A DNA stretch of 63,110 bases, filler included, from Licmophora abbreviata (GCA_900291995.1; 9 parts of 9 records of this genome joined end to end with filler, not necessarily neighbours in it); one strand, 5' to 3'. Counted from the whole stretch's first letter, positions 9,924-19,637 are shown. The notes: a model not told the origin generated them from the letters alone. Numbers and translations are program-made.

Positions 9924-11273
9924 TCAGGCCGCCGAGAACCCCGCGTCCAGCGCGCCGAGGATGCGGTTCACCTCATCCTCGGTGATCGTCAGCGGCGGCG
10001 ACATCAGCACGTTATGCGCGCCCAGTCGCACCATCGCCCCGGCCTCATAGGCGGTCTGATGGATGCGCTTCATGGTGGCTGCGTCCATCGGCGTCTTGGC
10101 GTCCCGGTCGCTGACGATCTCGATCCCGGTCATCAACCCGTGCCCGCCGCGCACATCGCCGATGATGTCGTGCTTTTCCGCCAGCCTGCACACCCCGTCA
10201 TAAAGCTGCGTGCCGCGCGCCGCCGCATTGGTCTTGGTGTCCAGCCTCAGCGTCTCGGACAGGCACGCCACCACCGCCGCCGCACCCACCGGATGCGCCG
10301 AATAGGTATAGCCATGCCAGATCGCCCCCTCGGGTCCGGCGTTCTCGAACACATCTGCCACCTTCTCGCTCAGCAGCGTGGCGCCCACCGGGAAATAGCC
10401 GCTGGTGATGCCCTTGGCACAGGTCATCATGTCGGGCTTCACGCCCCAATGCCGCGCGCCCGACCAGTCGCCGCTGCGCCCGAAACCGGTAATCACCTCG
10501 TCCGAGATCATCAGGATCCCGTATTTGTCACAGATCTCGCGCATCAGCTTCATGAAGCTGGCATCCGGCACGATCACGCCGCCCGCGCCCTGGATCGGCT
10601 CCATGATGAAGGCCGCGATGGTGCTGGGATCCTGGAACTCGATCTCGTCCACCGCCGCCGCTGCGATCTTCTGCGCCAGCAACTCGGGGTCGATCGCCCC
10701 GAACGGGTTGCGATAGGTATAGGGGCTGGGCAGGTGGAAACAGCCCGGCAACAGCGGCTCATAGGTGATCCGGAACCGGTTGTTGCCATTCACGCTGGCG
10801 CCGCCGAAATGCGTCCCGTGATAGCCTTTCTTGAGGCTCAGGAACTTGGTCCGCGTCGGCTCTCCGCGCAGCCGGTGATACTGCCGCGACAGGCGCAGCG
10901 CGGTCTCCACACTGTCCGATCCGCCGCTGGTGAAGAAGGCGCGCACCATGCCATCCTCGGCAAAGAACTCCTGCACCGCATAGGACGCCTCGATCGCGGG
11001 CGGGTTGCTGGTGCCGGCAAAGGCCGAGTAATAGGGCAGCTTCCACAGCTGGTCCGAGATCGCCTGCTTGATCGCGTCGTTCGAATAGCCAAGGTTGACG
11101 CACCACAGACCGCCCACCGCATCGACGACGCTATGCCCGTCGATATCGGTGATCTCGACGCCCTGGGCGCTCTTGATGATCTTGGGCGCGTTCTGATGCG
11201 CCTCCCCGGGACGGCCCATCGGATGCCACAGGTGGCGGGCATTCATCTCTCGCAGGAAATTGTCGTCTTTCAT
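9924..11273 (-). CDS. Class III aminotransferase (omega-amino acid/polyamine type)
   Basis: GGLWCVNLG, GGSDSVE, YHG, EPIQGAGG, DEVITGFGR, AKG and HGYTYSAHP motifs; start set at MKDDNF. Confidence 0.92.
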   Translation of the reverse strand: MKDDNFLREMNARHLWHPMGRPGEAHQNAPKIIKSAQGVEITDIDGHSVVDAVGGLWCVNLGYSNDAIKQAISDQLWKLPYYSAFAGTSNPPAIEASYAVQEFFAEDGMVRAFFTSGGSDSVETALRLSRQYHRLRGEPTRTKFLSLKKGYHGTHFGGASVNGNNRFRITYEPLLPGCFHLPSPYTYRNPFGAIDPELLAQKIAAAAVDEIEFQDPSTIAAFIMEPIQGAGGVIVPDASFMKLMREICDKYGILMISDEVITGFGRSGDWSGARHWGVKPDMMTCAKGITSGYFPVGATLLSEKVADVFENAGPEGAIWHGYTYSAHPVGAAAVVACLSETLRLDTKTNAAARGTQLYDGVCRLAEKHDIIGDVRGGHGLMTGIEIVSDRDAKTPMDAATMKRIHQTAYEAGAMVRLGAHNVLMSPPLTITEDEVNRILGALDAGFSAA

Positions 11274-11386
11274 CGGAAGGCTCCCTCTGGGGCCTGAGTC
11301 GCGGATTTGATCAAACTGTTGCACCCGTGCGGCCCGCCTGTCCAGAGCCCGCGCCGCCCCTGCATGCCGCCCCCGGCCCAAAGCGT

Positions 11387-11431
11387 CGGAAACTTTGCAA
11401 GTTTCCGCCCCGATGTCTTTTCAAGACATCG
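11387..11431. repeat. Twin palindromes (REP-like)
   Basis: CGGAAACTT-TGC-AAGTTTCCG and CGATGTCTT-TTC-AAGACATCG. Confidence 0.7.
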
Positions 11432-11521
11432 CCCCGCTCCCGGCCCACCCCGGATCGCATCATTCCTCTCGCCTTGCCGTCTTCGGGCCTCGCAAGCCGC
11501 CTCCCCCGGTGGAAGCAACGT

Positions 11522-11845
11522 CCCTAAACCCGCCCGCCGTCGCCTGTCCGTCCCCCGGTCAGGCGATAGGGTGACGCAAGCGCGCCTACTGAATGACGTG
11601 ATGACACGGCAGCCATCAAGCGCCCCGAAACAAGGTTATATCGCCATCCGACGCCCAACGTCATCCCCCGTCAATCCCCGCCCCCGGTGGAATAGCGGCC
11701 CTCAACCCGCCCGCCCTCGCCTGTCCGCCCCCCGGGCAGGCGATTGGGTGACGTAAGCCTGCCGACTGAGTGAAGCGACGACACGGCAACCATCAAGCGC
11801 CTCGAAACAAGGGCGTATCGCCAGCCCGCGGACAGGCGAGGGCGG
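11522..11845. mobile_element. Two tandem copies of a ~130-bp MITE/REP-like element
   Basis: Copies at ~11522-11650 and ~11699-11845 (177-bp period). The second has perfect 18-bp terminal inverted repeats: CCGCCCTCGCCTGTCCGC (11711-11728) and GCGGACAGGCGAGGGCGG (11828-11845). Confidence 0.7.
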
Positions 11846-12021
11846 TCTTGTGCTTTGACGTGGCAGGTTTGCGGGGGGGGGTGGTGATGGGTTGCTTTTG
11901 GATCAGTTTGACCGGTGCGGTAACTCTGCTATCGACAGAAAAATGCACGAAATAGGAATTGCAAGTTTCCAAAACCTAACTGGTATTCTCTATTCTGGTG
12001 CGCGGTTCTAGCAGTAAGTGT

Positions 12022-12750
12022 TTAAGATTTTATCGCCTGATTTTTCATACGCAAAACGCGTTCAATGGACGCAAGGCAGGACGGACTAAAAACAAACCTA
12101 GCCACAAAAAGAAGATCGCTAACCTCATGGTACATCGCCTCTGCGTATCCAGCATAAAGCGTACTATAGCCTTCGAGTGCCTTCTTATCGTCTTGTAAAT
12201 GCTCAAAACGTGAAAATCTTAGGTTGTGAGCTGCCTGGTTTCTTATGTTTTTTATGGCTATTAAGTCTCTATAGTCTTCGGCTTGGGACAAGACACCCTT
12301 CTCCTTAAGTTGTTGAATTTTCGCACCAAGCGTCTTGCAAACGGCGTCACCTGGAAGCCTTGACCGAATGACTTCCCCGAGCGCGATCTCCAACAAAGCA
12401 CTCCAGACAAGGACAATGCCACGCGGTGTACCTCGTGCGTTCTCAAGGTTGCCTTCCTGTATCCCTTGCAACATAAGGTTAATGGATTGTTGCGACAGGC
12501 TTATTTCCCTAGGACTGTTCACGGCACTAGAAATCCGGGCGAAACTGCCCTTCGGGTGAATTTTTCCAAACTCGCCAGCTCTCAGACGTTTGTAGAGGCT
12601 TCGACCGTGCGCCTCGGTGTCCGTGGCCATAGCAGTGAACGGTACCTCAATCTTGCAATGATTGAACTTAACGCAACAGTCTAAGCTATCTGGAGCGTCC
12701 GTCTCACTTATTTCACGAGCATACTCGATTTCGTAAGGTATCTTGATCAT
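12022..12750 (-). CDS. Lower-GC protein: phage tail-fibre-assembly-like N-terminal domain plus MtlR/DUF4145-like HEPN domain
   Basis: N-terminal LDCCVKF...PFTA...D.EAHGR.LY...AGEFG.I; C-terminal RGIVLVWSALLE...TLGAKI...DLIAIKNIRNQAAH (Rx4H). Confidence 0.7.
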   Translation of the reverse strand: MIKIPYEIEYAREISETDAPDSLDCCVKFNHCKIEVPFTAMATDTEAHGRSLYKRLRAGEFGKIHPKGSFARISSAVNSPREISLSQQSINLMLQGIQEGNLENARGTPRGIVLVWSALLEIALGEVIRSRLPGDAVCKTLGAKIQQLKEKGVLSQAEDYRDLIAIKNIRNQAAHNLRFSRFEHLQDDKKALEGYSTLYAGYAEAMYHEVSDLLFVARFVFSPSCLASIERVLRMKNQAIKS

Positions 12751-12896
12751 CTCGGGAACATCCTAACCCGATTGTTTTGTTCTCAGAACAATAAAACCAC
12801 TGCAGCCCTAGTCGGTATTAGGCGGATCATGGTATTTGTGTATCTACCTAGCGCTCCTATCGGTTGTGATTGAGCCAACGTCAAACCACCCCCCAA

Positions 12897-13193
12897 TCAC
12901 CCCACCAAAATCCCGCTCACCTTCAGCGCCCGTTGTGCGCTGCCCTCGACCTTGAGCTTGCCGCCCATCACCGCCATCACCGGGTTCTGATCGCCGGACA
13001 GGATCGCCCGGAACACCGCGTCGCTGGCGATCAGCGCCACGTCGGCCTCATCGGCCACATCGCAGGCCCGCGCGCCGGTCTCGTCCAGCATCACCGCCCC
13101 CTCGCCCGAAATCACCAGTTTCGCCGTCCCGCGCAGCGTGCCGACCACCTTGGGCGTCAATGCCTCGACATAGCTCTGGATCAACGCGCTCAT
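12897..13193 (-). CDS. SCP2 sterol-binding domain protein
   Basis: ADVALIASDAVF...NPVMAVMGGKLKVEG motif; GAGG RBS before ATG at 13193. Confidence 0.85.
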   Translation of the reverse strand: MSALIQSYVEALTPKVVGTLRGTAKLVISGEGAVMLDETGARACDVADEADVALIASDAVFRAILSGDQNPVMAVMGGKLKVEGSAQRALKVSGILVG

Positions 13194-13269
13194 GGCCTCG
13201 TCCCCTGTCTGAAATCCGGACAAGACGTGACCCGGATCAGCGGCCCCGGCAAGCTAAACCTCGGGTCAC
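13194..13269. repeat. 76-bp imperfect direct repeat, copy 1 (partner at 21475-21550)
   Basis: Ungapped alignment by eye, 67/76 identical. Confidence 0.9.
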
Positions 13270-13348
13270 TTCCGGGGCAACAGGACATCAGCACCCTGGA
13301 ACGCTTCAATCGCTTTGCGGACCAGATGATCCACTCTATGACTGGGTC

Positions 13349-14227
13349 ATGACCTTCGATCAGATCAAAACCTTCCTCTGGGTGGCCCGTCTCGGCGGGT
13401 TTCGTCGCGCGGCAGAGCGGTTGAACCTGTCGCAACCCGCCATCTCCACGCGCATCGCCAAACTGGAACAAGAGCTGCGGGTGCCCTTGTTCGAGCGCGG
13501 CATGGGTGAGTTGATCCTGACCAAACACGGCACATTGCTGTTGTCTTATGTCGAACAGATGCTGTTCGTCGAGGAAGAGATCAAGCAGCGCGTCGCCAAC
13601 CCGTCCGAGACCGAAGGCCTGTTCCGCGTCGGCGCCTCCGAGACGATTGCCCAGGCCTGGTTGCCTGATTTCCTCAAGGCGCTCAGCGAACACTACCCCC
13701 GAGTGAACGTCGATCTCACGGTGGATATCTCTCTCAATCTGCGGTCAGCACTGCTCGAGCGGAAGCTGGACCTTGCCCTTTTGATGGGGCCGGTGTCGGA
13801 ATTTTCGGTGGAGAACGTCGATTTGCCGTCTTTTGATCTGCATTGGTACCGGGCCGCCGCCAACACGCAGACCGACCTCACCCAGATCCCGGTCATTTCA
13901 TATTCCAGCCAGACACGGCCCTACCGCGAACTGATGTCGGAATTGTCGCGCCGGGTGGGGCCGAAATTGCGGGTGTTCACCTCGGCCTCGCTGTCAGCGA
14001 GCCTGAAGATGATCGCGGCGGGAATCGCTGTCGGGCCGTACCCCCGCGCGCTGGCGAATGATTTCCTTGCCTCCGGGCAGATCGTGGAATTCGATCCGGG
14101 GTTCCGGCCAAAGCCGCTGTCGTTCACGGCGTCCTATTTATCGGAACCCCGCAGTTTTCTTGTTGAAAAAAGTGCGGACATGGCGCGTGCGGTGGCGGTC
14201 GACTGGGACAGGTCGCATCCGAAGTAG
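13349..14227 (+). CDS. LysR-family transcriptional regulator
   Basis: MTFDQIKTF...GGFRRAAERLNLSQPAISTRIAKLEQELRVPLFER HTH. Confidence 0.95.
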   Translation: MTFDQIKTFLWVARLGGFRRAAERLNLSQPAISTRIAKLEQELRVPLFERGMGELILTKHGTLLLSYVEQMLFVEEEIKQRVANPSETEGLFRVGASETIAQAWLPDFLKALSEHYPRVNVDLTVDISLNLRSALLERKLDLALLMGPVSEFSVENVDLPSFDLHWYRAAANTQTDLTQIPVISYSSQTRPYRELMSELSRRVGPKLRVFTSASLSASLKMIAAGIAVGPYPRALANDFLASGQIVEFDPGFRPKPLSFTASYLSEPRSFLVEKSADMARAVAVDWDRSHPK

Positions 14228-14241
14228 ATTTAAAAAATCTA
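14225..14241. promoter_or_regulatory. Putative LysR-type operator upstream of the catabolic operon
   Basis: Perfect inverted repeat TAGATTT-AAA-AAATCTA in the AT-rich spacer, overlapping the lysR stop codon. Confidence 0.5.
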
Positions 14242-14319
14242 TCACGACAGATATAAAATGATAATTTGATTGAGGGCCTGACCCCATGTGATGCTGAGTC
14301 GGATGATAGGGGGGCCAGC

Positions 14320-15138
14320 GTGACCACAACCGCAGTTTCACATAACGATCTGATTGGCGCCTCTGCCGCAGATGTCCGTGCCGCGATTCGCAGCGGTGCC
14401 TATACAGGCCACACGGCTGGCCTCGCGGCTGGGAAGCTGCAATGCAACCTTGCCATTCTGCCGGAACAATACGCGCTCGATTTCCTGCGGTTTTGTCTGC
14501 GCAATCCCAAGCCCTGTCCCATTGTGGGCGTCGGTGACAGCGGTGATGCAAAGCTGCCCACACTGGGCCGCGACATCGACATTCGCACGGATGTCGCCCG
14601 GTATCGCGTGTTTCGGGGCGGCACGTTGAGCGAGGAAGTTACCGATATATCGGACGTCTGGACCGCCGATCTGGTGACGGTGGCGCTGGGGTGTTCGTTC
14701 ACCTTTGAAAACGCGCTGGTGCGTCATGGTATTCCCGTGCGCCATCTGGAAACCGGTCGCAACGTGCCGATGTTCAAATCCAACATCGATCTGGTGCCTG
14801 CGGGGCGGTTTGGCGGGCAGATGGTGGTGACCATGCGCCCGATCCCCGCCGAACAGGTTGACGCCACGCGCGAGATCAGCCGCCGTTATCCGCAAGCCCA
14901 TGGCGCGCCCATCGCGGTCGGCGACCCCGCAACCATCGGCATTTCCGATCTGTCCGCCCCTGATTGGGGCGACGCGGTCGAGATCAAGGACGGCGAAATC
15001 CCCGTCTATTGGGCTTGCGGCGTCACCCCGCAAAACGTGCTGCTGGAGGCGGCCCTGCCGATCTGCATCACGCATTCGCCCGGTCACATGCTGATCGCCG
15101 ATGTGGCCGAAGACGCCGAAACAACAATCCTCACGTGA
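14320..15138 (+). CDS. DUF1445 / D-glutamate cyclase-like putative hydro-lyase
   Basis: RNPKPCP, DIRTD, GCSFTFE, VVTMRP, AHGAP, WACGVTPQ and THSPGHM motifs; GTG start inferred. Confidence 0.88.
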   Translation: MTTTAVSHNDLIGASAADVRAAIRSGAYTGHTAGLAAGKLQCNLAILPEQYALDFLRFCLRNPKPCPIVGVGDSGDAKLPTLGRDIDIRTDVARYRVFRGGTLSEEVTDISDVWTADLVTVALGCSFTFENALVRHGIPVRHLETGRNVPMFKSNIDLVPAGRFGGQMVVTMRPIPAEQVDATREISRRYPQAHGAPIAVGDPATIGISDLSAPDWGDAVEIKDGEIPVYWACGVTPQNVLLEAALPICITHSPGHMLIADVAEDAETTILT

Positions 15139-15169
15139 AGACCAAAAAACCAACAAGGAGACGAAGACC

Positions 15170-16201
15170 ATGAAGAAGATGATCCCGATTATCGCCGCAA
15201 CAGCGGCACTGGCGGCGCCGGCTTATGCCGAAAACCTGTCCGTCGTGGGCAGCTGGTCCGGCCTGCCACTGCACAAGGAATACGAAACGCCGTTCTGGTC
15301 CACCACCCTGCCCGAAGCGTCGGGCGGCGCCATCACGGTCGAGCTGACGACCCACAACCAGATGAGCCTTGGCTTGGGTGATATCTATCCGCTGCTGGGA
15401 CAGGGCGTCTACGATGTCGCCATGACCGTGGCCGACTATGCGGTGGCCGACGCGCCCGAGCTTGAAGGGCTTGATGTGCCGCTTGTGGCGCTGACCGCGG
15501 ATGAAGCGCGCGCCATGGTTGACGCGGCCCGCCCCATGGTCTCGGATATTTACCGTGATCGGTTCAACAGCCACGTGCTGGCCATCGCGCCCTATCCTCC
15601 GCAGGTCGTGTTCTGCAACCACGAGATTTCGAGCCTTGGCGATCTCGAAGGCCTCAAAGTGCGCGCATCAGGCCGCATGACCGCCAAACTGCTCGAGGCT
15701 CTGGGTGCCGAGGGCGTGAACGTGTCCTTCGCCGAAGTTCCGGGCGCGTTGCAAAACGGCGTCGTCGATTGCGCGGTCACTGGTGCGGGCTCGGGCTACA
15801 GTGCGGGCTGGTGGGAAGTGTCCACACACCTGCTGCCGATCCCGCTGGGTGGCTGGGACTCTGTGGTCACCGCGATCAACCTGGACAAATGGAACAGCCT
15901 CGATGCCGACATGCAGGCGCTGATCACCAGCGAAATCGCGAGCGGCTTCGAAGACCCCGCCTGGGACAGCGCGCAGAACGCCTTGGTCAACGACATCGCC
16001 TGCCTGACCGGCAACGGCGAATGCCCGGCGGGTGACGCACGGTCCATGACCCTCGTGGAGGTCAGTGACGCCGATTTCGAACGTGCGCGCGAGATCCTCA
16101 CCAGTGAGGTTCTGCCGGAATGGGCAGAGCGCGCGGGCGGCGACTGGGCACAACGCTGGAATGACAGTGTTGGCCAGGTTGTTGGCGTGACAATCAAGTA
16201 A
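15170..16201 (+). CDS. TRAP transporter substrate-binding protein (DctP-like)
   Basis: Signal peptide; DLEGLKVR and EVPGALQNGVVDCA motifs; AAGGAG RBS. Confidence 0.9.
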   Translation: MKKMIPIIAATAALAAPAYAENLSVVGSWSGLPLHKEYETPFWSTTLPEASGGAITVELTTHNQMSLGLGDIYPLLGQGVYDVAMTVADYAVADAPELEGLDVPLVALTADEARAMVDAARPMVSDIYRDRFNSHVLAIAPYPPQVVFCNHEISSLGDLEGLKVRASGRMTAKLLEALGAEGVNVSFAEVPGALQNGVVDCAVTGAGSGYSAGWWEVSTHLLPIPLGGWDSVVTAINLDKWNSLDADMQALITSEIASGFEDPAWDSAQNALVNDIACLTGNGECPAGDARSMTLVEVSDADFERAREILTSEVLPEWAERAGGDWAQRWNDSVGQVVGVTIK

Positions 16202-16242
16202 GGTCTTGCAACCTTGACCGACTGACAGGGGACGTACCGACC

Positions 16243-16791
16243 ATGGAACGCAAGATGATTCACGGCCTTCGGGTCATCAACAGGGGGGTGGCGCTGGCCG
16301 TTGGCTTTGGCCTGCTTGCCTGCGCGGCCTTTGTGCTGCTCGATATCATCATGCGCCAAACAGGTGCGTCCCTTGGCGGCACCGAGGAAATCGCAGGTTA
16401 CGCCATGGCGCTCGCGACCTCGTGGGGCATGTCCTACACCCTGCTAGAGCTGGGGCATGTCCGCATTGACCTTCTGCGGTCGCGCTTTCAAAGCTTCGGG
16501 CGCGCTTTGCTGGATGTGTTTTCGATGATCGTCATGTCTGGCGTAATTATCACTATCGCGGTCAAGGCGTGGCCGGTTCTGGAACGTTCCCTGACCATGG
16601 GATCGCGGGCCAACACGCCGCTCGAGACGCCGCTCGCTTGGGTTCAGCTTCCTTGGTTTGCGGGCTGGGTCTGGTTTGCGGTCATGTCATGCCTGACAAC
16701 GCTCGCCGCGCTCAGCCTGCTCATCAAACGCCGCTTCGAAGACAGCGAAGCCATGGTCGGCGCCTTTGCCGAGCAGGAGACACTGCAATGA
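16243..16791 (+). CDS. TRAP transporter small permease (DctQ-like)
   Basis: About 4 TM segments; GTEEIAGY and GHVRIDL motifs. Confidence 0.9.
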   Translation: MERKMIHGLRVINRGVALAVGFGLLACAAFVLLDIIMRQTGASLGGTEEIAGYAMALATSWGMSYTLLELGHVRIDLLRSRFQSFGRALLDVFSMIVMSGVIITIAVKAWPVLERSLTMGSRANTPLETPLAWVQLPWFAGWVWFAVMSCLTTLAALSLLIKRRFEDSEAMVGAFAEQETLQ

Positions 16792-18071
16792 TCGGGTTTG
16801 TTTCTGTCGCGCTTCTGGGATTGCTGGCCCTGTCCATTCCGGTTGGCATCGTGCTGTTCCTGCTGGGCTTTGGGGTTGATACCTTCTTCTCGAGTTTTCC
16901 ATTGACGCGCGGTCTGGGCAACATGGTCTGGTCGTCGTCCAATTCCGCCACGCTGATCGCCATCCCGTTTTTTGTGCTGCTGGGCGAAGTCCTTGTCCGC
17001 AGCGGCGTCGCCGCGCGCACCTATGCCGCGCTTGATCGCTGGGTCAGCTGGCTGCCCGGTGGATTGGTCCATGCCAATGTGGCGACCGCCACGATGTTTT
17101 CCGCAACCTCGGGGTCGTCTGTCGCCACGGCAGCCACGGTGGCGACCGTGGCCATGCCACAGGCCGAAAAGCTGGGCTATGACCCCAAGCTCTTTTCGGG
17201 CGCGATTGCGGCTGGCGGCACGCTCGGGATCATGATCCCGCCGTCGATCAACCTGATTGTCTATGGCTTCCTGACGCAGTCTTCGATCCCGCAACTGTTT
17301 CTCGCGGGTCTGATCCCCGGTATCGCACTGGCTTTGGCGTTCATGGTTGTCACGGCAATCATCTGCGTCATTCGCCCGGATCTGGGCGGCGTACGCCGGA
17401 CATTCCCGTTTGCGCAGATGCTGCGGGCGCTGGTCGATCTGATCCCGATCCTGATCCTGTTCGGGCTGATCGTGGGGTCGATCTATCGTGGCTGGGCCAC
17501 CCCGACCGAGGCCGCCGCCGTCGGCGTTGCAGGCGCGTTCCTGATCGCTTTCGCCTTTGGCGGCGTGTCATGGGACATGCTGAAGAAAAGCCTGACCGGC
17601 ACCATCAAGATCACCTCGATGATCATGCTGATCGTCATGGGCGCGGCGTTCCTGAATTTCACGCTGGCATCGGCCGGATTGGGCCGCGAGTTGACGGCAT
17701 TCATGGAGGGGCTGGGCCTGTCGCCCTTGGGCTTCATCCTTGTGGTGGTCGTGCTTTACATCGTGCTGGGCTTTTTCATCGAAACCCTGTCGCTCATGGT
17801 GGTGACGATCCCGATCATCGTGCCCATGGTCATTGTGCAGGGCTATGATGTGATCTGGTTCGGTATCCTGATGATCGTGCTCATCGAAATGGCGCTGATA
17901 ACCCCACCCGTCGGTTTGAACCTTTATGTTGTGCAGGGCGCACGCAAGTCAGGGAGCCTGAACGAGGTCATGCTGGGCGCAATCCCCTACTGCCTGACGA
18001 TGCTGGCCATGGCGTTTCTGTTGATCGCGTTCCCCGGTATCGCGTTGTTCCTGCCCACCACCTTGCAATAG
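16788..18071 (+). CDS. TRAP transporter large permease (DctM-like)
   Basis: AIPFFVLLGE, SGSSVATAAT, GTLGIMIPPS, TPTEAAA and ITPPVGLNL motifs; ATGA overlap with the small permease. Confidence 0.93.
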   Translation: MIGFVSVALLGLLALSIPVGIVLFLLGFGVDTFFSSFPLTRGLGNMVWSSSNSATLIAIPFFVLLGEVLVRSGVAARTYAALDRWVSWLPGGLVHANVATATMFSATSGSSVATAATVATVAMPQAEKLGYDPKLFSGAIAAGGTLGIMIPPSINLIVYGFLTQSSIPQLFLAGLIPGIALALAFMVVTAIICVIRPDLGGVRRTFPFAQMLRALVDLIPILILFGLIVGSIYRGWATPTEAAAVGVAGAFLIAFAFGGVSWDMLKKSLTGTIKITSMIMLIVMGAAFLNFTLASAGLGRELTAFMEGLGLSPLGFILVVVVLYIVLGFFIETLSLMVVTIPIIVPMVIVQGYDVIWFGILMIVLIEMALITPPVGLNLYVVQGARKSGSLNEVMLGAIPYCLTMLAMAFLLIAFPGIALFLPTTLQ

Positions 18072-18081
18072 GACTTTGGCC

Positions 18082-18940
18082 ATGCGCATCGACCTGAATT
18101 CGGATTTGGGCGAAGGATTCGGCCCTTGGGACATGGGCGATGATGCGCAGATTCTGTCCATCGTCACCTCTGCAAATGTCGCCTGTGGCGGTCATGCCGG
18201 TGATCCCGAAACCATGTTTCGCACGCTGTCGCTGGCGCATGACAAGGGCGTGTCCGCGGGGGCGCACCCGGGATACGCTGACCCGATCGGGTTCGGGCGG
18301 CGGGTGATCCCCATGTCCTTGGATGAGATCACGCGCATGTGCGCGGCCCAGATCGGCGCCTTGCAGGGCGTGGCCGCATTGGTTGGCGTGCCGGTGGCCT
18401 ATGTCAAACCGCATGGCGCGCTGGCGAACCTTGCCGCAAGGGATCGCACCGTGGCCGATGCCATCATGACGGCTGTTCACAAGATCGACCCGGATATGGC
18501 GGTTTTGGCGATCTCCGGCACCCAGACCGAACAGGCGGCCCGCGCGGCAGGCTTGAGCGTCTATTCCGAGATCTTTGCAGATCGCGGCTATCTGTCATCG
18601 GGCCAGTTGGTGCCGCGCGACCAGCGTGGTGCCATGATCCACGATGCAGGCGAGGCGGCAGCGCGTCTGGTGTCGTTCCTAGAAACCGGGGGGATGCCCG
18701 TGGTCGACGGTGACCCGATCGAGCTTGCGGCGCAGTCGATCTGCGTGCATGGCGNNNNNNNNNNNNNNNNNNNNNNNNNNNNNNNNNNNNNNNNNNNNTT
18801 AATTAATTAANNNNNNNNNNNNNNNNNNNNNNNNNNNNNNNNNNNNNNNNNNNNGTCCCGGTGCCTTGGCGATGGCCCTTGAAATCCGCGACCGGTTGAT
18901 GGCGCAAGGCGTTCACATCGCCTCTTTCCTGGGCAGCTGA
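18082..18940 (+). CDS. pxpA: 5-oxoprolinase subunit A (LamB/YcsF family), spans a gap
   Basis: IDLNSDLGEG, ACGGHAGD, AHPGY, KPHGAL, FADRGY and SICVHG; continues as PGALAMALEIR after the gap. Confidence 0.9.
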
Positions 18941-18947
18941 GGATCAC

Positions 18948-19637
18948 ATGAGCCCAAAGTTCAAAGCCATCGCCGATCACGCATTGCTTGTGACCTTCGC
19001 TGACAAAATCTCGGACAGCGCGCATGGCGCCGTGCTGGCGCTGGATGCGGCCCTTGGTGAAAATCCGCCAGAGGGCATGATCGAAACCGTCCCTGCCATG
19101 GTCAACCTGCTGGTGTCCTTCGACCCCGTCGCGACGGATCATGACGCCATCAAGACCCATGTTGAGGGTTGCATGCGGGCGACGATCGAGGCCCCGTCTG
19201 CGGGGACATCCCGCACAGTACAGGTGTGTTACGACGCGCCGTTTTCGCCCGATCTGGAGGCCGTAAGCGCGGCCACGGGCCTTACGCCAGAGGCCGTGAT
19301 CAACGCCCATCTGGCCGGGGATTTTTGCGTGCTGATGTACGGTTTCGCACCGGGATATGCGTACTTGTCGGGCGTCTCTGACGCCATTCAGGTCCCCCGC
19401 AAACCCGCGCCTGTGCGCGATGTCCCCGCTGGCAGCGTGATCATCGCCGGGCCGCAATGCCTTGTCACGACGCTGACAATGCCCACGGGCTGGTCGATCA
19501 TCGGTCGGTCCCCCACGGCGATCCTGACTGGCGATCCGGATCACCCGTTCCTGTTCGATGTCGGCGACCGGGTGACATTCGAACGGATCGATGCCGCGAC
19601 CTTTGGAAAGCTGAACAAGGCAGGCGCCGATGTCTGA
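18948..19637 (+). CDS. pxpB: 5-oxoprolinase subunit B (KipI/AHS1-like)
   Basis: GFAPGYAYL, VPAGSV and PTGWSIIGRS motifs. Confidence 0.88.
   Translation: MSPKFKAIADHALLVTFADKISDSAHGAVLALDAALGENPPEGMIETVPAMVNLLVSFDPVATDHDAIKTHVEGCMRATIEAPSAGTSRTVQVCYDAPFSPDLEAVSAATGLTPEAVINAHLAGDFCVLMYGFAPGYAYLSGVSDAIQVPRKPAPVRDVPAGSVIIAGPQCLVTTLTMPTGWSIIGRSPTAILTGDPDHPFLFDVGDRVTFERIDAATFGKLNKAGADV

Noticed and set aside
11522..11845. CRISPR array
   Set aside because: Only two long (~130-bp) degenerate units, no short repeat-spacer periodicity and no cas genes.
12778..12792. LexA box upstream of the HEPN-like gene
   Set aside because: TTGTTCT-C-AGAACAA is an inverted repeat, not the alphaproteobacterial GTTC-N7-GTTC direct repeat; it could be another operator but this is unsupported.
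11900..12900. Prophage remnant
   Set aside because: Only one phage-like domain, fused to a HEPN-like domain; no integrase, structural or lysis genes nearby.
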